From positions 38,874,001-38,938,000 of the forward strand of contig NC_134479.1 of NCBI RefSeq assembly GCF_964194025.1: 64,000 nucleotides of DNA, read 5' to 3'. Below, piece by piece: positions 25,548 to 37,465 of the stretch (its first letter is position 1; every line of letters starts with the position of its first letter). The translations under genes were made by a program, and so were the position numbers. This DNA comes from Convolutriloba macropyga. Lineage: Eukaryota. The notes under the pieces were generated by a model, which did no database searches, was not told where the DNA came from, and saw nothing but the letters and a program-made list of their open reading frames with translations.

Positions 25548-26295
25548 GGTTTAGGGATTTTCGTCGCTGATTCATAGTCCCAGTCATCACATTTTAAAAT
25601 ATTGTCCACCTATTTCATCAGAGATGGCGATCACAGAAGAGTTGCCATGCGCAGAAATTCTTTTCGGAGTAATTTTTCTTGATGAAACGCCACATTATTG
25701 CTATAATTCTTTTTTCAATCCTGCTTCTATCTCAAATTTGTCCGATCTATTCATAAGTTGACAAATTTTGCAAACAAACTCTCTTCGAGCTCTTTCAGAA
25801 CGTTTTTCATCGAGCATAAGAATGTAAGTTTTCTTCTTTTTTATTGCATAGTTTCCGGCAGCCCGAATCCTCTTTCATCATCTTTGACAGAAGCAATGGT
25901 TTGTTTAGTTGCAGAAACATCGGCAGTAGAAGATAACTGAGATCTATGAGTCCAGTGCTCCAATTGACAAAATTCTTCTGAAAATTTTCAAGTTGTTTCA
26001 GCTCAGTTCTTGATGCCCTTATGCAAACGAAACCACACAACAGCACTCGAAGGTTCAAGGAATTGTGTCGTTTGAGTTTGATCCTCAATTGTATTCCCAT
26101 TGCAGCTTTTCTGCAAGGTAAGTAGAGCACTTTGTTCGCTCTCACTATTTTTTTTTCGACGTGCGCCTTTCAAGTAAGGTTACTCGACACGTGTATCCCT
26201 ATTTCTCTCACTGTCGTTGAGTTTTGAAGTTGCACATCCATTGTTTTGATTGATTTGTCTTTCCCCTGAATGTAACCTTTGTGCGTTTTTCCATG
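14505..26295. repeat. Tandem array of ~2.8 kb chimeric retrotransposon-derived units (~4.5 copies)
   Basis: Marker ttcatagtcccagt recurs at ~15910, 18579, 22743, 25571. The CRE block recurs at ~14510, 17401, 20070, 21421, 24232. (GTT)n occurs at 18516-18555, 22693-22722 and 25495-25546. Near-identical short ORFs repeat in the ORF track. Confidence 0.95.
15769..15898. other. Assembly gap (N run) at the position occupied by (GTT)n in sister units
   Basis: Run of n; flanks match those of the (GTT)n tracts in other units. Confidence 0.95.
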
Positions 26296-29200
26296 GCAAA
26301 CATTTTCCGAGCATCAGCAAAGATTAATGTATCCGAGGACATAAGGGTGTCGGCGGGTCATTTATAAAGATTCAGAAGAGAATTCGGGTCCAAGAGGATT
26401 CTTGAGCTACACCACTTGTCACTGTTAATGTTCGTGATCTTGTGTTGTCGACACGTTCTTCTCTTTAAGTAGTGGAAAAGGATCTCCTGTGAACAACCTC
26501 CTAAGCCTATGCATGCAATATTCTTCAGGAGTTCATATTGAAGTACTCTGATGCCTTAGAGAAATCTGTGTAGAACGCCAAAATTTCAGAGTCGGGATCT
26601 TCATCAAGGGCTTCATGTTTTTTTTCAGGAAGGATAGCATTTTCGTTGTGACCGATTGATTGCTTACAAAGCCGTGCTGGTGGGTTGTCAGGAAGCAATA
26701 GAAGTGGTTGTAAAGTTTTATGTTTTTCGAAAATTATGATCTCTATATCCAACAGTGAAACAGGTCTGTAGTTGTTCACACACTTCCTGTCACCCTTGTT
26801 ATAAATCGTTGGAACTGCAGCAACTCTCCAGCGTTCTGGAATTTTGGGCACACGCTTCACATTCTTGAATAAAGTGTTCGGGATTTTGCTCATGCATTGA
26901 ATGTTTTTTCGGAGGAAGGCGTCCATTTTGTCCCGGAAATTTTGATATGTCCAGGGATGAAACTATGGATTTGATGATTCTCTCGGATATGTCAAAGTTT
27001 ATCAACTTTGATTGCTCTGTTTTGATGGCGGTTACCCTGAACTCAGGTTTCGGAGGGACAGGGGAATGAAAGAATTCGTGTACCATTTTTACTTGCTCTT
27101 CGGTGTTCGTTGATTGTTTACTGCCATAGATCAGGCGTTTGGGTAGACTTTGAGACTAGCTTAATTGTTTCAGATGTTTGGAGATTACATCCCCGTTTCT
27201 TGAGCCCAGCTGTTTTTCCTGATGCTATGGGTGGTATTTTTTGAGGACTATGTTACCAGTGTTTGTAGTTCTGTTACGGTTATTTTCCTGTAACTGGCTC
27301 GCCTGTCAGTCAACATTTCGTCGCAAAATTAGTTTTATGATAGGTTTAGAAATAGTTTTAGGATCAAGTTGGTCGTTGAATTGTTGATCCAGGGTGGAAT
27401 ACCATGGCAATGTCTTGTTCGTCGTGGGACACAGAGATTGATCATATTGTCTAAGTGCTCAAAATTTGTCTACCATAATGTTGGTGTTAAAAAAGCATTT
27501 TAAACAAATTTTCATCAGATATTCGTCCATGCCGTCGTAATCGTCACTCCCAAAGCTTCTGAAATTTTCCGCTACTGGTTTGCATTCTCGGTTTGGGAAC
27601 TCAAGTGTTAGATGGGTTGCCTTGTGATCCAAACAGTCATCTATCTTGGAGAACGAGTGGTCTTTTTCCAGCTGACAAATTACAATGGCGATAGAAGTCT
27701 TCACCTAGTATATTTTGCGCTCATGTGGGGCAATCTATGGCTGGCCTGTCAGGTTTTTCTTCAAAAACTTCTATCACTTCTTCTTCAGGTTCATTTGAAA
27801 TTGTTAGTGTCGTCCAGCTCTTCATTGAGGTTGCAGGAGATTAAGGCTGGTAGGTTATTGGGAATGTTTTCCAGGAGCATATTTAAGTCGATTATGCTGT
27901 AGCGGCTGGAGCTGCCTTTGGGGAGATTTAGAACTATAGTGTGGTGATTTCAGTGTAATAGAGTTTGATTTTGCATGCAACACTACAACCAGTGTAGACG
28001 TCAGTTCTAAGAAAACAATTTAGTTTTTGACAGCTATCAGGATGCAGCCGTGTTGGTTTTGCCGTTCACAGTATCTCTATCCCATCTAGAGACATTTTAT
28101 TCGACGAGAAGTTCCAACGTACTGATATTATAGTCTAACCAGGTTTCGCGTTGGCATATTATTGAGCAGCTAGATAATGGTACCCCATTTTTCAACCTTA
28201 ATTTTCTCTCTTCATTCACCAGCCTCCCCGGGTTTAGCTGCAGAATGTTTAGGACTCCTAGCCACTAGCCCGTTTCAGTGAGACATCTCCATATCTCGGT
28301 CGTTGAACAATCCAAGCTCCTGATCTTGAGTTTTTCGGGTGGCACTCTCTGATTTAACAGCTCTCGTCTTCTCTTTAGAATGGCATTTTCTTGCTCAGCA
28401 ATCACTTTTGAGAGTGCAGAGCAGGAAGTATATAGTCATTTCTCTCTGAGGTTGTTTCTCCGTTTTTGATTATTCAAAATTGTTAGTCCAGCTGCATATT
28501 CATTTGATACCGTTAACAGTATTGTTGTAGCTTTGCTCCGCTCAGTGTCAAGTTTTCCAAGTTGTTTGAATTCATTGATTTCTGTTCTTGATCCTATCAG
28601 GTGCTGTATTCTACTCAGCTCTTCATGTTTTGGGAGAAGATTTTTGGCTGTGCTTTTGTATGGATTTTCCCTAATCACTTGTATTAGAAAAGATTTCCTG
28701 TTGTAATTTCCGTTATCTTTGCTTTGACGGTTCTGCTCCGAGGTTCTGTCTACGAAGGCAACAGCAGCAAAAATCTGTTCTGCTTTTTCACAGATTGATT
28801 TCAGAGCAATTTCCACTTTCTGATCCACTAGCTCGCTTATGCGCTCCTCCCATGATTTCTTGTTTTGGTGATATTAAGTTTCTCTGTCATTTCAAGCGAG
28901 TTAGCCATGCTTCAACATCGGTTGAAATTCTCTCGTCCATTCTTTTCCACATAAAAGTTGCAGAGAAGCATTGCAGTAAAACTAAGCGCCGTCATTGCAT
29001 ATATATATATATATGGATACACTCGACAAAGCCATACATTCCGGCTTGAGGTGCATAAGAGTGTTGCCTGACACACAAAAGAAGACCTTTCACTCGTATG
29101 AATAATGTTCTTACAGGTTTTACACGTTTTCCCATGCATTTAGATTTCTTTTTGACTTGTAGATGAATTTGTATTTAGTTTTTAGGGACATCAATCTTGA

Positions 29201-29800
29201 AGATGACTTGAAGATGAAATCAATAGTTTTGATCAGTTACCAGGGACATCAATCTCTAGGTACTTCACATAAATATTTTCCGCGTTTCATCGATATTCTG
29301 TTCTTTATTTCGCTTTTTTTGGGAAGGACTCTACCTTTTTTGATGATCACTTTGAGGTTACCACCATACTTCAGCACAAGTCAGAGTCTTGATTTCCAGA
29401 AAAGAGTCGAGGTGTAGCTTTCTATACTGCTTCAGGATTTCTGGATCTTTGTCTTTTCTTTCTGACTGTAGAAGGTAAAGGATGTGGAGTACTGGGACAC
29501 CTGTCTCCTTTAGCTTTTTAAAGACGTCGCGTGTACCGCTTCTGACACAATAAATATTTATGACGTCGTGCCAGGGAATGATTTTTCCCAACGCGGGAAT
29601 CTTTTTGCTTGTTGTACGATTTTCTCTTTGGCGTTGGTATGAAGGTTGAAACCAGACTTCGTAACCATTTGCTTAGACCGACGCAATCGTTCTTCAATGT
29701 TACTCCACTTCTTGTTCTCAAGAGAGTGATTTGAAGTTGCGCCAATAACATTTACCATAAGGAAAGCGCAACACCGACTCTAATTTTGACGTACGCGTTT
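25495..29800 (-). mobile_element. Old, degenerate full-length CR1/L2-group LINE with (CAA)n tail
   Basis: From the 5' end: SGNH-like ORF (29758-~29300), PHD-like CKTCK...C...WLCRV (29139-29020), RRM-like ORF1 (28828-28436), APE remnants (ETWLD ~28145), RT remnants (YNKGDRKCVNNYRPVSLL, AFYTDFSKA at 26525-26926), thumb RASRTELKQLENFQK..NW, and a (CAA)n tail at 25546-25495. Confidence 0.8.
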
Positions 29801-30320
29801 ATGTAAAAATCGATCAATCTGTTCAGACTTCGCAAAATGAAACCTTCGCAAATCAAAAGAGCAACCAAAGATAGTGCTGGACTCGACAGCAGAGCAAACC
29901 GACTATGGGAAAATAGAAAAACCTTCAACCCGTATGCCAAAAGCTACCAAATATCTACCACATAATTTTTAATTATCATGAGCAGATAAAAAACACTGAA
30001 GTAAGAACAACGGATCCGGTTCGTATAGAAAGCAAACATCAACCCACGGAGCTGGCCCTTTTGCCTCCAAAGTCATCAAAAGGATGGCATGTAAGCTTAG
30101 TGAGAATAAAGAGGACTACTACGGAGACGTTGTAATTTACATAAGAACGAAAACAGGCTTGGTCTGGTGCGAAGCTCTGTAATCTGATACGCGGATTTCG
30201 CTCTCTCCGGTGTCACGCAATCGTCAGAGAATCGATAGCAACCGTTGTTGAAAAAGAAGAGTACTACTATAAGACATTTATACTGCACTGGGGAATACAA
30301 GAACCCATATTTTAATTTTT

Positions 30321-31152
30321 AATAGCCATACAGCGATAGCTGGGGCTATTATTAGCCTTCTCTTTTTTATTTCGTCGTCACAATTTTTTTACGACCATAT
30401 GACGTCACAGCCACTTCACATCTGCTTTTTAGTCATTTGTTCATGCAATTTCAACTGAAGTGCGTTCTTGACGTCATTTTTCGCTCTTTTTGAAGCGAGT
30501 TTTTTTGTTCATTTGTGTGATTAAATTTTTGGTCACACTTGACTTACCTCACTCTCAAAAACGACTTCCTCCCTTTGAAATTGACTTTTCTTTACTTTAA
30601 ATCAAAGAAATAAGGTCAAATGTATGTGCGTCACTCTAAATGAAGACTTGAGAGCAGCTAATAGAGGCAGAAAAAACTTATATATTGGCCTTCTCTTGGT
30701 TTTTTTTATTTCGTCGTCATGATTTTTGTTACGACCATATGACGTCACAGCCACTTTTTGTTCATTCGTTCATTCAATTTCAACTGAATTGCATGCGTGA
30801 CGTCATTTTTCGCTCTTTGTGGAGCGAGTTTTTTTGTTCATTCGCGTGATTAAATTTTTGGTCACACTTGACTTACCTCGCTCTAAAAAATGACTTCCTG
30901 ACTTTGAAATTGAGCTTTATTCACTCTAATTCAAAGAGATAAGGTCAAATGGGCGTGTGTCACTCTAAATGAAGGTTATTTGAGAGCAATTAATAGATGC
31001 AGCAAAATTTTATACTGATTTTTAATCAGAATATAACATATCAGCCTTTAATGAAAAGACGAGTTTCTTTGGTCTGTCGTTTTTACTGTTTTTTGAGAGT
31101 ACAGATCTAGGAAGCTATTGCGGCTATTTTCCGGCAATCTGCCAGCTAAGTT
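30321..31152 (+). mobile_element. Helentron-type non-autonomous element (HINE/DINE-like), family A, with internal ~340 bp tandem duplication
   Basis: 5' T-run + aatagcc...ggctatt inverted repeat. 3' sub-terminal gcggctatt + hairpin (ccggca atc tgccag) + T-run. Related ends at 54805, 56759 and 61482. Confidence 0.75.
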
Positions 31153-31719
31153 TCTATTTGCATATCCTACGTAGCTATTGTAAATGTCCTATCGGAGCTA
31201 GCTGTCTGGATAACATAGAATTCTCTATCCTATCGCGATAGACAAAATCTATCTGGATGACTCTATTGCATTTGAGGGCTCAGTTTCAAGTCCGCAAATG
31301 TGGAGCTGAGGAAATGAGAAGAATTCAAAGATCTCAATCACATCCTGACAAAATGAAAATTGAAGACAGCGAACAACTTTGTTCTGTGGCTAGATATTGT
31401 AAGGAACTCTATTAACGGTCGCAAGTTTAACAGAAATATTCATTGTCACATCGACGAAATGAAAAGAATCTTGAACGGATTTGGTTAACGAATATCTGCT
31501 GTGGTTTACGCTAGAAGGTATGGTGACCCAGATTACTTCAAGCAGCTGACGAACAAGAAGTATTGGGTTATTGATGTGAAAACTCTTCTCTCAAATCGTA
31601 AGCAATAGTGTGCCGACACTGTCAGTGAGTTGCGAAAGGTTCACCCCTGCGTGAAACTAGAGTTTCACTTTTTTGACATTCTCTACCGTCATCGAAAAAA
31701 TCTCAAACATCTTATATAC

Positions 31720-32450
31720 CAAAAGAAGAAAAAAACAAACAAAAGTTGTTTCCGATCGCTCAGTAACGCTTCAAATCGACGCGGCTAGGCTGTGGAAGTG
31801 GAGTAAAGAGAATTTTATTCAACTCAATCTTTCCAAATGTAGCCTAATGTTCTTCAAGGGTGACGCGTGAGTGCGCATAGGGGTTGTTGAAGTAGAAGAT
31901 TGTCCGACTCAGAAAGATTTAGTCTCATATTTCACAGTTGGTTAACATGGACTTCATAGGCCGAATTTCGTTGCGGTAAAGCCGTCAAAGCGTTCCATTT
32001 GATCAGACGTAATATCTATGACTCAGCAGACAGTTATACACGCTTGAGTCTCTACAAAGGCTACATCGTACCAATTTTGTCCTATGGAGCAATTTTGTGG
32101 AAAGCCTCGAAAAACGACTTGAAAATTATTTAGTGTACAAAAAAACCTCGAACTGGATTTTAAGATACTGATAAAGTGGAAATTGTAAAGATTGATAAGA
32201 GAATGTCATCAGTACAATACAGGTGCAAAGAAATGAAAATTAAGAGGAACAAGCAAGAAGGAGACTTTTGGCTGCCAGCCACGACTTTGGCTAACCGCTT
32301 TGGACAGTATTTCGGTGTGGATGTGGCCAAGCTTTGCAATTACAAGACGAAACTTTCGACGGCGTATCAACTATTTCAACTGCAGTTTCAACGAGATGTG
32401 TTCATGGCGATTGACATGCAACTGCGCTGATTGTAGAAACATCAAAAAAC
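31720..32450 (+). mobile_element. Degenerate LINE RT 3' fragment
   Basis: LQIDAARLWKWSKENFIQLNLSKC and LYKGYIVPILSYGAILWKASKNDLKI (~32050), typical of CR1/L2 RT domain 6-7 and thumb. Confidence 0.65.
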
Positions 32451-32738
32451 TCGAACTGAATGACTGTTAAATCTGATTTGGGAACTTAAAAATTTCCCTT
32501 GGTTATTCCCTAAATCTTGTTTCGATTCAATAGTTGAAATTCTTTGAAGCAGGATGTTATAAACGTTCGGTATGCCTCGTCAAATGTAAATTATCGTTTG
32601 ATGACTGAGATTTTATCTCCTCATTATGAATTCTTTTTTAGATAAATGAAAAAATGAAAAGCTGGGTTGATAATGTTGATGTTTTTTTCCAGATTCAAAA
32701 ATAAAAATGTAAATTGGAATTTAAACTGGAGAACAAAG

Positions 32739-34533
32739 ATGGCCGCCAGTACCTCTACATTTCGGCTGAGGCAAGACTATCTCCGTCTCATGAGAGATCC
32801 AGTACCGTTTATCACGGCTGCGCCTCTTCCTACAAATATTTTAGAATGGTAATAACGTTGATCTTTCGTAAATATTGGCGTCTAAGAGCTCTTTGAAATT
32901 GAACTGTGACTATGATGCTTGTAAATATTACAGGCACTATGTTGTGGAGGGTCCTTCGGACAGCGTATATGCAGGTACGGAAGTCCAAATTTGTTTAAGG
33001 CTTGAACAGTATAATCATATGCGAATGGTGATGTAGAAATAACGAATTTTCTAATGATAGATCTAAACCAAGCCGCCTCTGATGAATTAGGCTACATCTG
33101 GAAATTATGAATTAGGCTACATCTGGAAATTAAAATGAAGCGTTTTTTTTAAATCCGTGAAATGTAAATTCAAAATTTTTGTAACCATAAAATTTTGGTT
33201 AAACTTTTACATTTAACAATCACTTTAAAGGCATATGAAAAGTTTAGGCCTTAAAATACCAGCAAACATAATTTCTAAAACCTTGTACTTGTCAATCTAT
33301 TGGAACACGTTCATGTAATTTTATAATTTGTTACGGCTAAGGCAACAATATGAAAATTTGATTGGTTGCAAGCGTTATCACCTAACTGCACGTGTTTGTA
33401 GCGATATCAGTTACGTCATAATTCAACGTGTTTGCAGTGGTTGGTCCGCCTCAGAATAGATCCAATCTGGAATGCGTCTGTTTTCAGGAGGATTCTATCA
33501 TGGGAAATTGATATTTCCTAAAGAGTACCCATTCAAGCCTCCTTCTATTATGATGTTAACGCCAAACGGCAGATTCAAGACGAACACCAGATTGTGTTTA
33601 TCTATCAGTGATTTCCACCCGGACACTTGGAACCCAGCGTGGTGTGTATCTACCATTCTGACAGGACTTCTAAGTTTCATGCTTGAGACATCGCCTACTT
33701 TAGGGAGCATTGAAACATCTGTGCAAACGGTATGAACGAGCTGTGGCTTTCAGAAGAGTGCATTGATACTTTTCTGCATATTTGGATATAAAATAATTGA
33801 ATCTGTCAGGCTATTACGGCTAATTCGCGAGAATCTAATGATGCTTCATTTATTATTTTTGACAGAAAATTCGATGTTGACTTTGGAATATATAACTTTG
33901 GGGTCAAATATATAAATTTGAATCATTATTTTTTTCTCAATGTTTTGTCTATTTTTTAGAAACGACAGCTTGCGTTGCAGAGTATAGAACACAACATCAA
34001 AGATTCAATATTCCAAGAAGTGTTTCCGGAGCTCTTCAAGGTAAATCAGAATTATTGATAGTTGGCCTTCTAATTGACTGAACAGTGAGCGCCCACTAAC
34101 CAACATCACAGCAGCGTATACAAATTTAACCGCAAAAACGTATTGTATTTTAAACGTACAGCAATATGCGGGGCTCTAGGAGCCGCGTCAAAACATTGAA
34201 TTACCACTCACTAATTAGGTGTCAAGCCTTCCCTCCCACTACAACACTATTTTTTCCCTTGAAGGAAACATTTGCGTGTCATTTTAGAAACTGCAGGACC
34301 TAACGAAACAACGGGAAGCAGAAATGAGTCGAGCCATCACATCGCAAAATATGACCTCACCTAATTCGACTAATAGCAGGTCGAGCGACGTCAACAGGCG
34401 TAATGGAACTGACTATATGAATGATGGTAGTTGGACTGGAACCTTGATGAATTTGGGTGTTATTTTTGGGTTTGCGGCTTTCTCTTTTGTCGTTAAATAT
34501 ATTTGGAAATTGGTCGTCAATGAGCAATTATAA
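32739..34533 (+). CDS. UBE2J2: Ubiquitin-conjugating enzyme E2 J2 (Ubc6-like, tail-anchored), 5 exons
   Basis: Exons 32739-32848, 32934-32974, 33488-33729, 33960-34040, 34288-34533, all GT-AG with consistent phase. RLRQDYLRL..DPVP, NILEWHYV, GGFYHGKLIFPKEYPFKPP, TPNGRF..NTRLCLSISDFHPDTWNPAW and a C-terminal TM segment. Confidence 0.95.
33082..33131. repeat. Perfect 25-bp tandem duplication in UBE2J2 intron 2
   Basis: atgaattaggctacatctggaaatt x2. Confidence 0.95.
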
Positions 34534-35316
34534 TGAGTCGATAGCACAGAAGGCAGAAAAAAGTCGCGTTTAGAATTTGATAGATAGGCATTGCATAATT
34601 TCAAGGATTTAAAAAAACCTTGTTCCCATTGTTTTCTGATTATGAAAAATCGACACTGTTTGGTATTCGCATGAAACTTTGATGAAAATCAGTGATGATT
34701 CTCAACATTCGTGCTTTCTGAATAGCAAATGTTGAAATGGTTTATTGGTTTCAATTTAAGTTTTCTGAAATATTTGATCTCATAAAATATAGATTTAAAA
34801 ATAGTCCACCAGAATGGGAATAATTCACATTTCTGCTTTCTAACTATCGCTCGATGCCGTAGAAACTTTGTTAGATGTGCAATTCTAGATGAATATTGCT
34901 TGTCGATTTGATTAATATTCTTCCCTGTACATCCCACGCTGTTTGATGTATGAATTAGAAATAAGAATATGCGCAGTTAAAATGTTATGAATGTTTATAT
35001 TTAACCAAATTCACTCAAGTTTAGAGACGATTTTTTCAAGAATCCTTCAAAGTCAAAGCAGAAACTGGATACAGAAGCGGAGATTTTAATGTGTGTTGTT
35101 GAAACAGCATTACTCCTCGAGGTTGTAAGCAATACATATCTCACATCTTCAAATGAAGGGGGTTGGATAGCTCTAAGCAGGCTGTAATTTTAGCGGAATA
35201 AAGCAATGATGCTTTTTTGTGCCAAGATCGCGATAGGATCCTATAACATGTGCCTTTACCGCATTGTTTCAAATGATTGCTGTTTTTCAGGTCTCAATGT
35301 GTTAACTATTTTGAAA

Positions 35317-36699
35317 ATGGAGCCGGAATCTCGCAGTGCAAGTGCGATCAGTAAAGTTGCAGATGCAAAACCCGAACCAGAAAGTTCTGGAATTGTACCC
35401 GTATTAGGACAAGCAAATTATGATCCGGAAACAGCTGTTGAATCTGCGAAAATGAAAGAAGTTAGAATCCAGGGTGAACCTCAAGCGTACATTGATAGTT
35501 ATGACGAAATGTACCCCAATTGGCAGCAAAACGAAGAACCAATACAAGTTCTAGACATTCCGTTAGTTATGAAAAGAACCCTGTTAGCAAATAGCAAAGC
35601 CAAGGAAGAGAAAATGACAGCTGAAGAGAAAGCTGATTGGCTAACTCAAGGAATGAGCCATTTACGTTTAGACCGCGAAAACATCGCTGTAATAGAAAAC
35701 CTCGAATGTTTCAGTGCAAAACTAACTCATCTTTATTTGCAACATAACAGAATTGAAGTTATATCTGGTCTAACTTGTTTGGAGAAGCTGAAGTTCTTGT
35801 GCCTATCTCACAATAAAATCAAAGTTTTGGATACAGAAGAGTTACCCAAAGATATATTGGTTATTTATATGGACGGCAACCCTTGTGCAGATAATTCAGA
35901 CTACCCTATGAATTTAATTTCAGCTTTGCCCAAACTGAAGTCAGTCGATTTTCAAAGTGTAACAGAAGCTCAAAAACGAAGAGCTCGTGCATTTCTTGAT
36001 CCAAACTTACAGGAACCGGGAGATGATTCAGAAAATTCTTCCTCTGAAAATGAAGAGAGTAGTGGCGACGAATCAGGTCCAGAAGATATAAGTTCGATTC
36101 TTGTGAAAGGATTCGACAAACTGGATCCTGCTAAACAGCAAATGCTGAATGAATTGGATATTGATATAGCTCAGGTTGAGAACATAGAGGAACTGTTGAC
36201 CACTGACCAGTTGCAAATTTGGCGGACATCGTATGAACAAGTTAAGATATTAAGTTCAAGTGAAGAGGGTGAAACGTCGAGTGGTGAAGAAAACGCTCAA
36301 CCAAACCCAGAAAATCAGCCATCGTCAAGTTCAGAACCAATCGCTAACACTGAAATCAAAGTTGTCAAGAAAGGTGGCAAAAAGAAACGAAAAACTAAGA
36401 AAAAGTCAGATGGCTTAAAAATCAAAACTGAGAAAGAGAAAAAGAATTTGAAAAAATTGGGAATCAATCCAGCTCATTTCAGAGATCTGACTGTTAAGCT
36501 TTTGGGACGGTCAAGAGCTCGGCAACTTGAAGATGTTCAAAAACACAACAAGAAACAAAGCAAACTGGACACTTTTCGAGAGCAGGAAAGCGAGAGATTA
36601 TCTAACAGGAAGTTACCCGTTTCTGACAGGGTTGTGTATGACAGAACAAATAAAGTAACGGTCGAGGTTTTGTCTGAAAGAGGAGGTCAATCGCATTAA
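35317..36699 (+). CDS. LRRC46: Leucine-rich repeat protein, LRRC46-like (single coding exon)
   Basis: HLRLDRENIAVIENLE, LTHLYLQHNRI, LKFLCLSHNKI..LDTEELPKDILVIYMDGNPC..Y..LISALPKLKSVD (SDS22-type LRRs + LRRcap, as in LRRC46), then an acidic linker. ATG 35317 follows the acceptor at 35290. Confidence 0.75.
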   Translation: MEPESRSASAISKVADAKPEPESSGIVPVLGQANYDPETAVESAKMKEVRIQGEPQAYIDSYDEMYPNWQQNEEPIQVLDIPLVMKRTLLANSKAKEEKMTAEEKADWLTQGMSHLRLDRENIAVIENLECFSAKLTHLYLQHNRIEVISGLTCLEKLKFLCLSHNKIKVLDTEELPKDILVIYMDGNPCADNSDYPMNLISALPKLKSVDFQSVTEAQKRRARAFLDPNLQEPGDDSENSSSENEESSGDESGPEDISSILVKGFDKLDPAKQQMLNELDIDIAQVENIEELLTTDQLQIWRTSYEQVKILSSSEEGETSSGEENAQPNPENQPSSSSEPIANTEIKVVKKGGKKKRKTKKKSDGLKIKTEKEKKNLKKLGINPAHFRDLTVKLLGRSRARQLEDVQKHNKKQSKLDTFREQESERLSNRKLPVSDRVVYDRTNKVTVEVLSERGGQSH

Positions 36700-37420
36700 A
36701 TTGATCACAGATTTCATGAGATCAACTTGACTAGTTTCTGATTTTTCTATTTAACAAAATTTACTAAATGCTAGATGTACAGGATTAGTGTTTTATTGTA
36801 TAAGTATGTACATACTTGTAAAAAGTTCGATTAAAGAAAAAAAAAGTCCGGTTATTTTGTTTTCCTACTAAATTGTTTTTCGGTTTTTATAACAATTACA
36901 AATGTATGCGATGTTACATTAGATGTGGCTTCTTCCTTGTGACACCGGATTGCATTGAGTGTCTTCTTGAATTGGATGAAATGATGTCAGATCAAATTAG
37001 CCACTGTGACAGATTACCCGGTTCAAAATATCCCAGAATTTTCATGCGATTTCAAATTATCAGACAATAACCGCCATTTTTCTTCGCTTGCTAAAAAAGA
37101 TCTTTCTAAACTCGTGCTGTGATAAAATCAGCAGCATAAGTGGTCGATGAAGTCTTGCGCAATGACGGAAAACTGATTTTGCGGTTAGAGGTCGAAGTTC
37201 AGAATCGCTTTTTAGTTACTCTCGAGCGAATTTTGAATTAATTATTGTAAACTGGTGTATTTTTTAATGCAAAAGTTTTGCTTGGATGTTTACTGCGCTT
37301 TTCGTCCAGAACTTTCTTTCAATATCATTGCTCGAGTAACTTTTCAGGCACGACTTCTTGGTTTTTGTGTGATCTAAATTGATAAATGATAATACATTGG
37401 AAGATGATACGATGCGAATG

Positions 37421-37465
37421 CCTGATGCCCGAGTGGTTAATGCGCTAGGGTTCGAACCCCTCTCT
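37421..37465 (+). mobile_element. tRNA-derived (SINE-head-like) fragment
   Basis: A-box-like tgcccgagtggttaa (37426-37440) and B-box ggttcgaaccc (37449-37459) with the anticodon region missing. Confidence 0.5.

Noticed and set aside
16146-26145. Repeated 60-110 aa ORFs as a multicopy small-protein family
   Set aside because: They are frames of decayed retrotransposon sequence in the tandem array, with variable stops and frameshifts.
33079-33110. Hammerhead ribozyme (ctgatga...gaaa)
   Set aside because: No stem II pairing; the match arises at the edge of a 25-bp duplication.
35206-35316. N-terminal extension of the LRR ORF from ATG 35206
   Set aside because: Crosses a strong acceptor at 35290 and has intron-like composition; ATG 35317 preferred.
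37421-37465. Functional tRNA gene
   Set aside because: A and B boxes are only ~12 nt apart, with no anticodon arm or cloverleaf.
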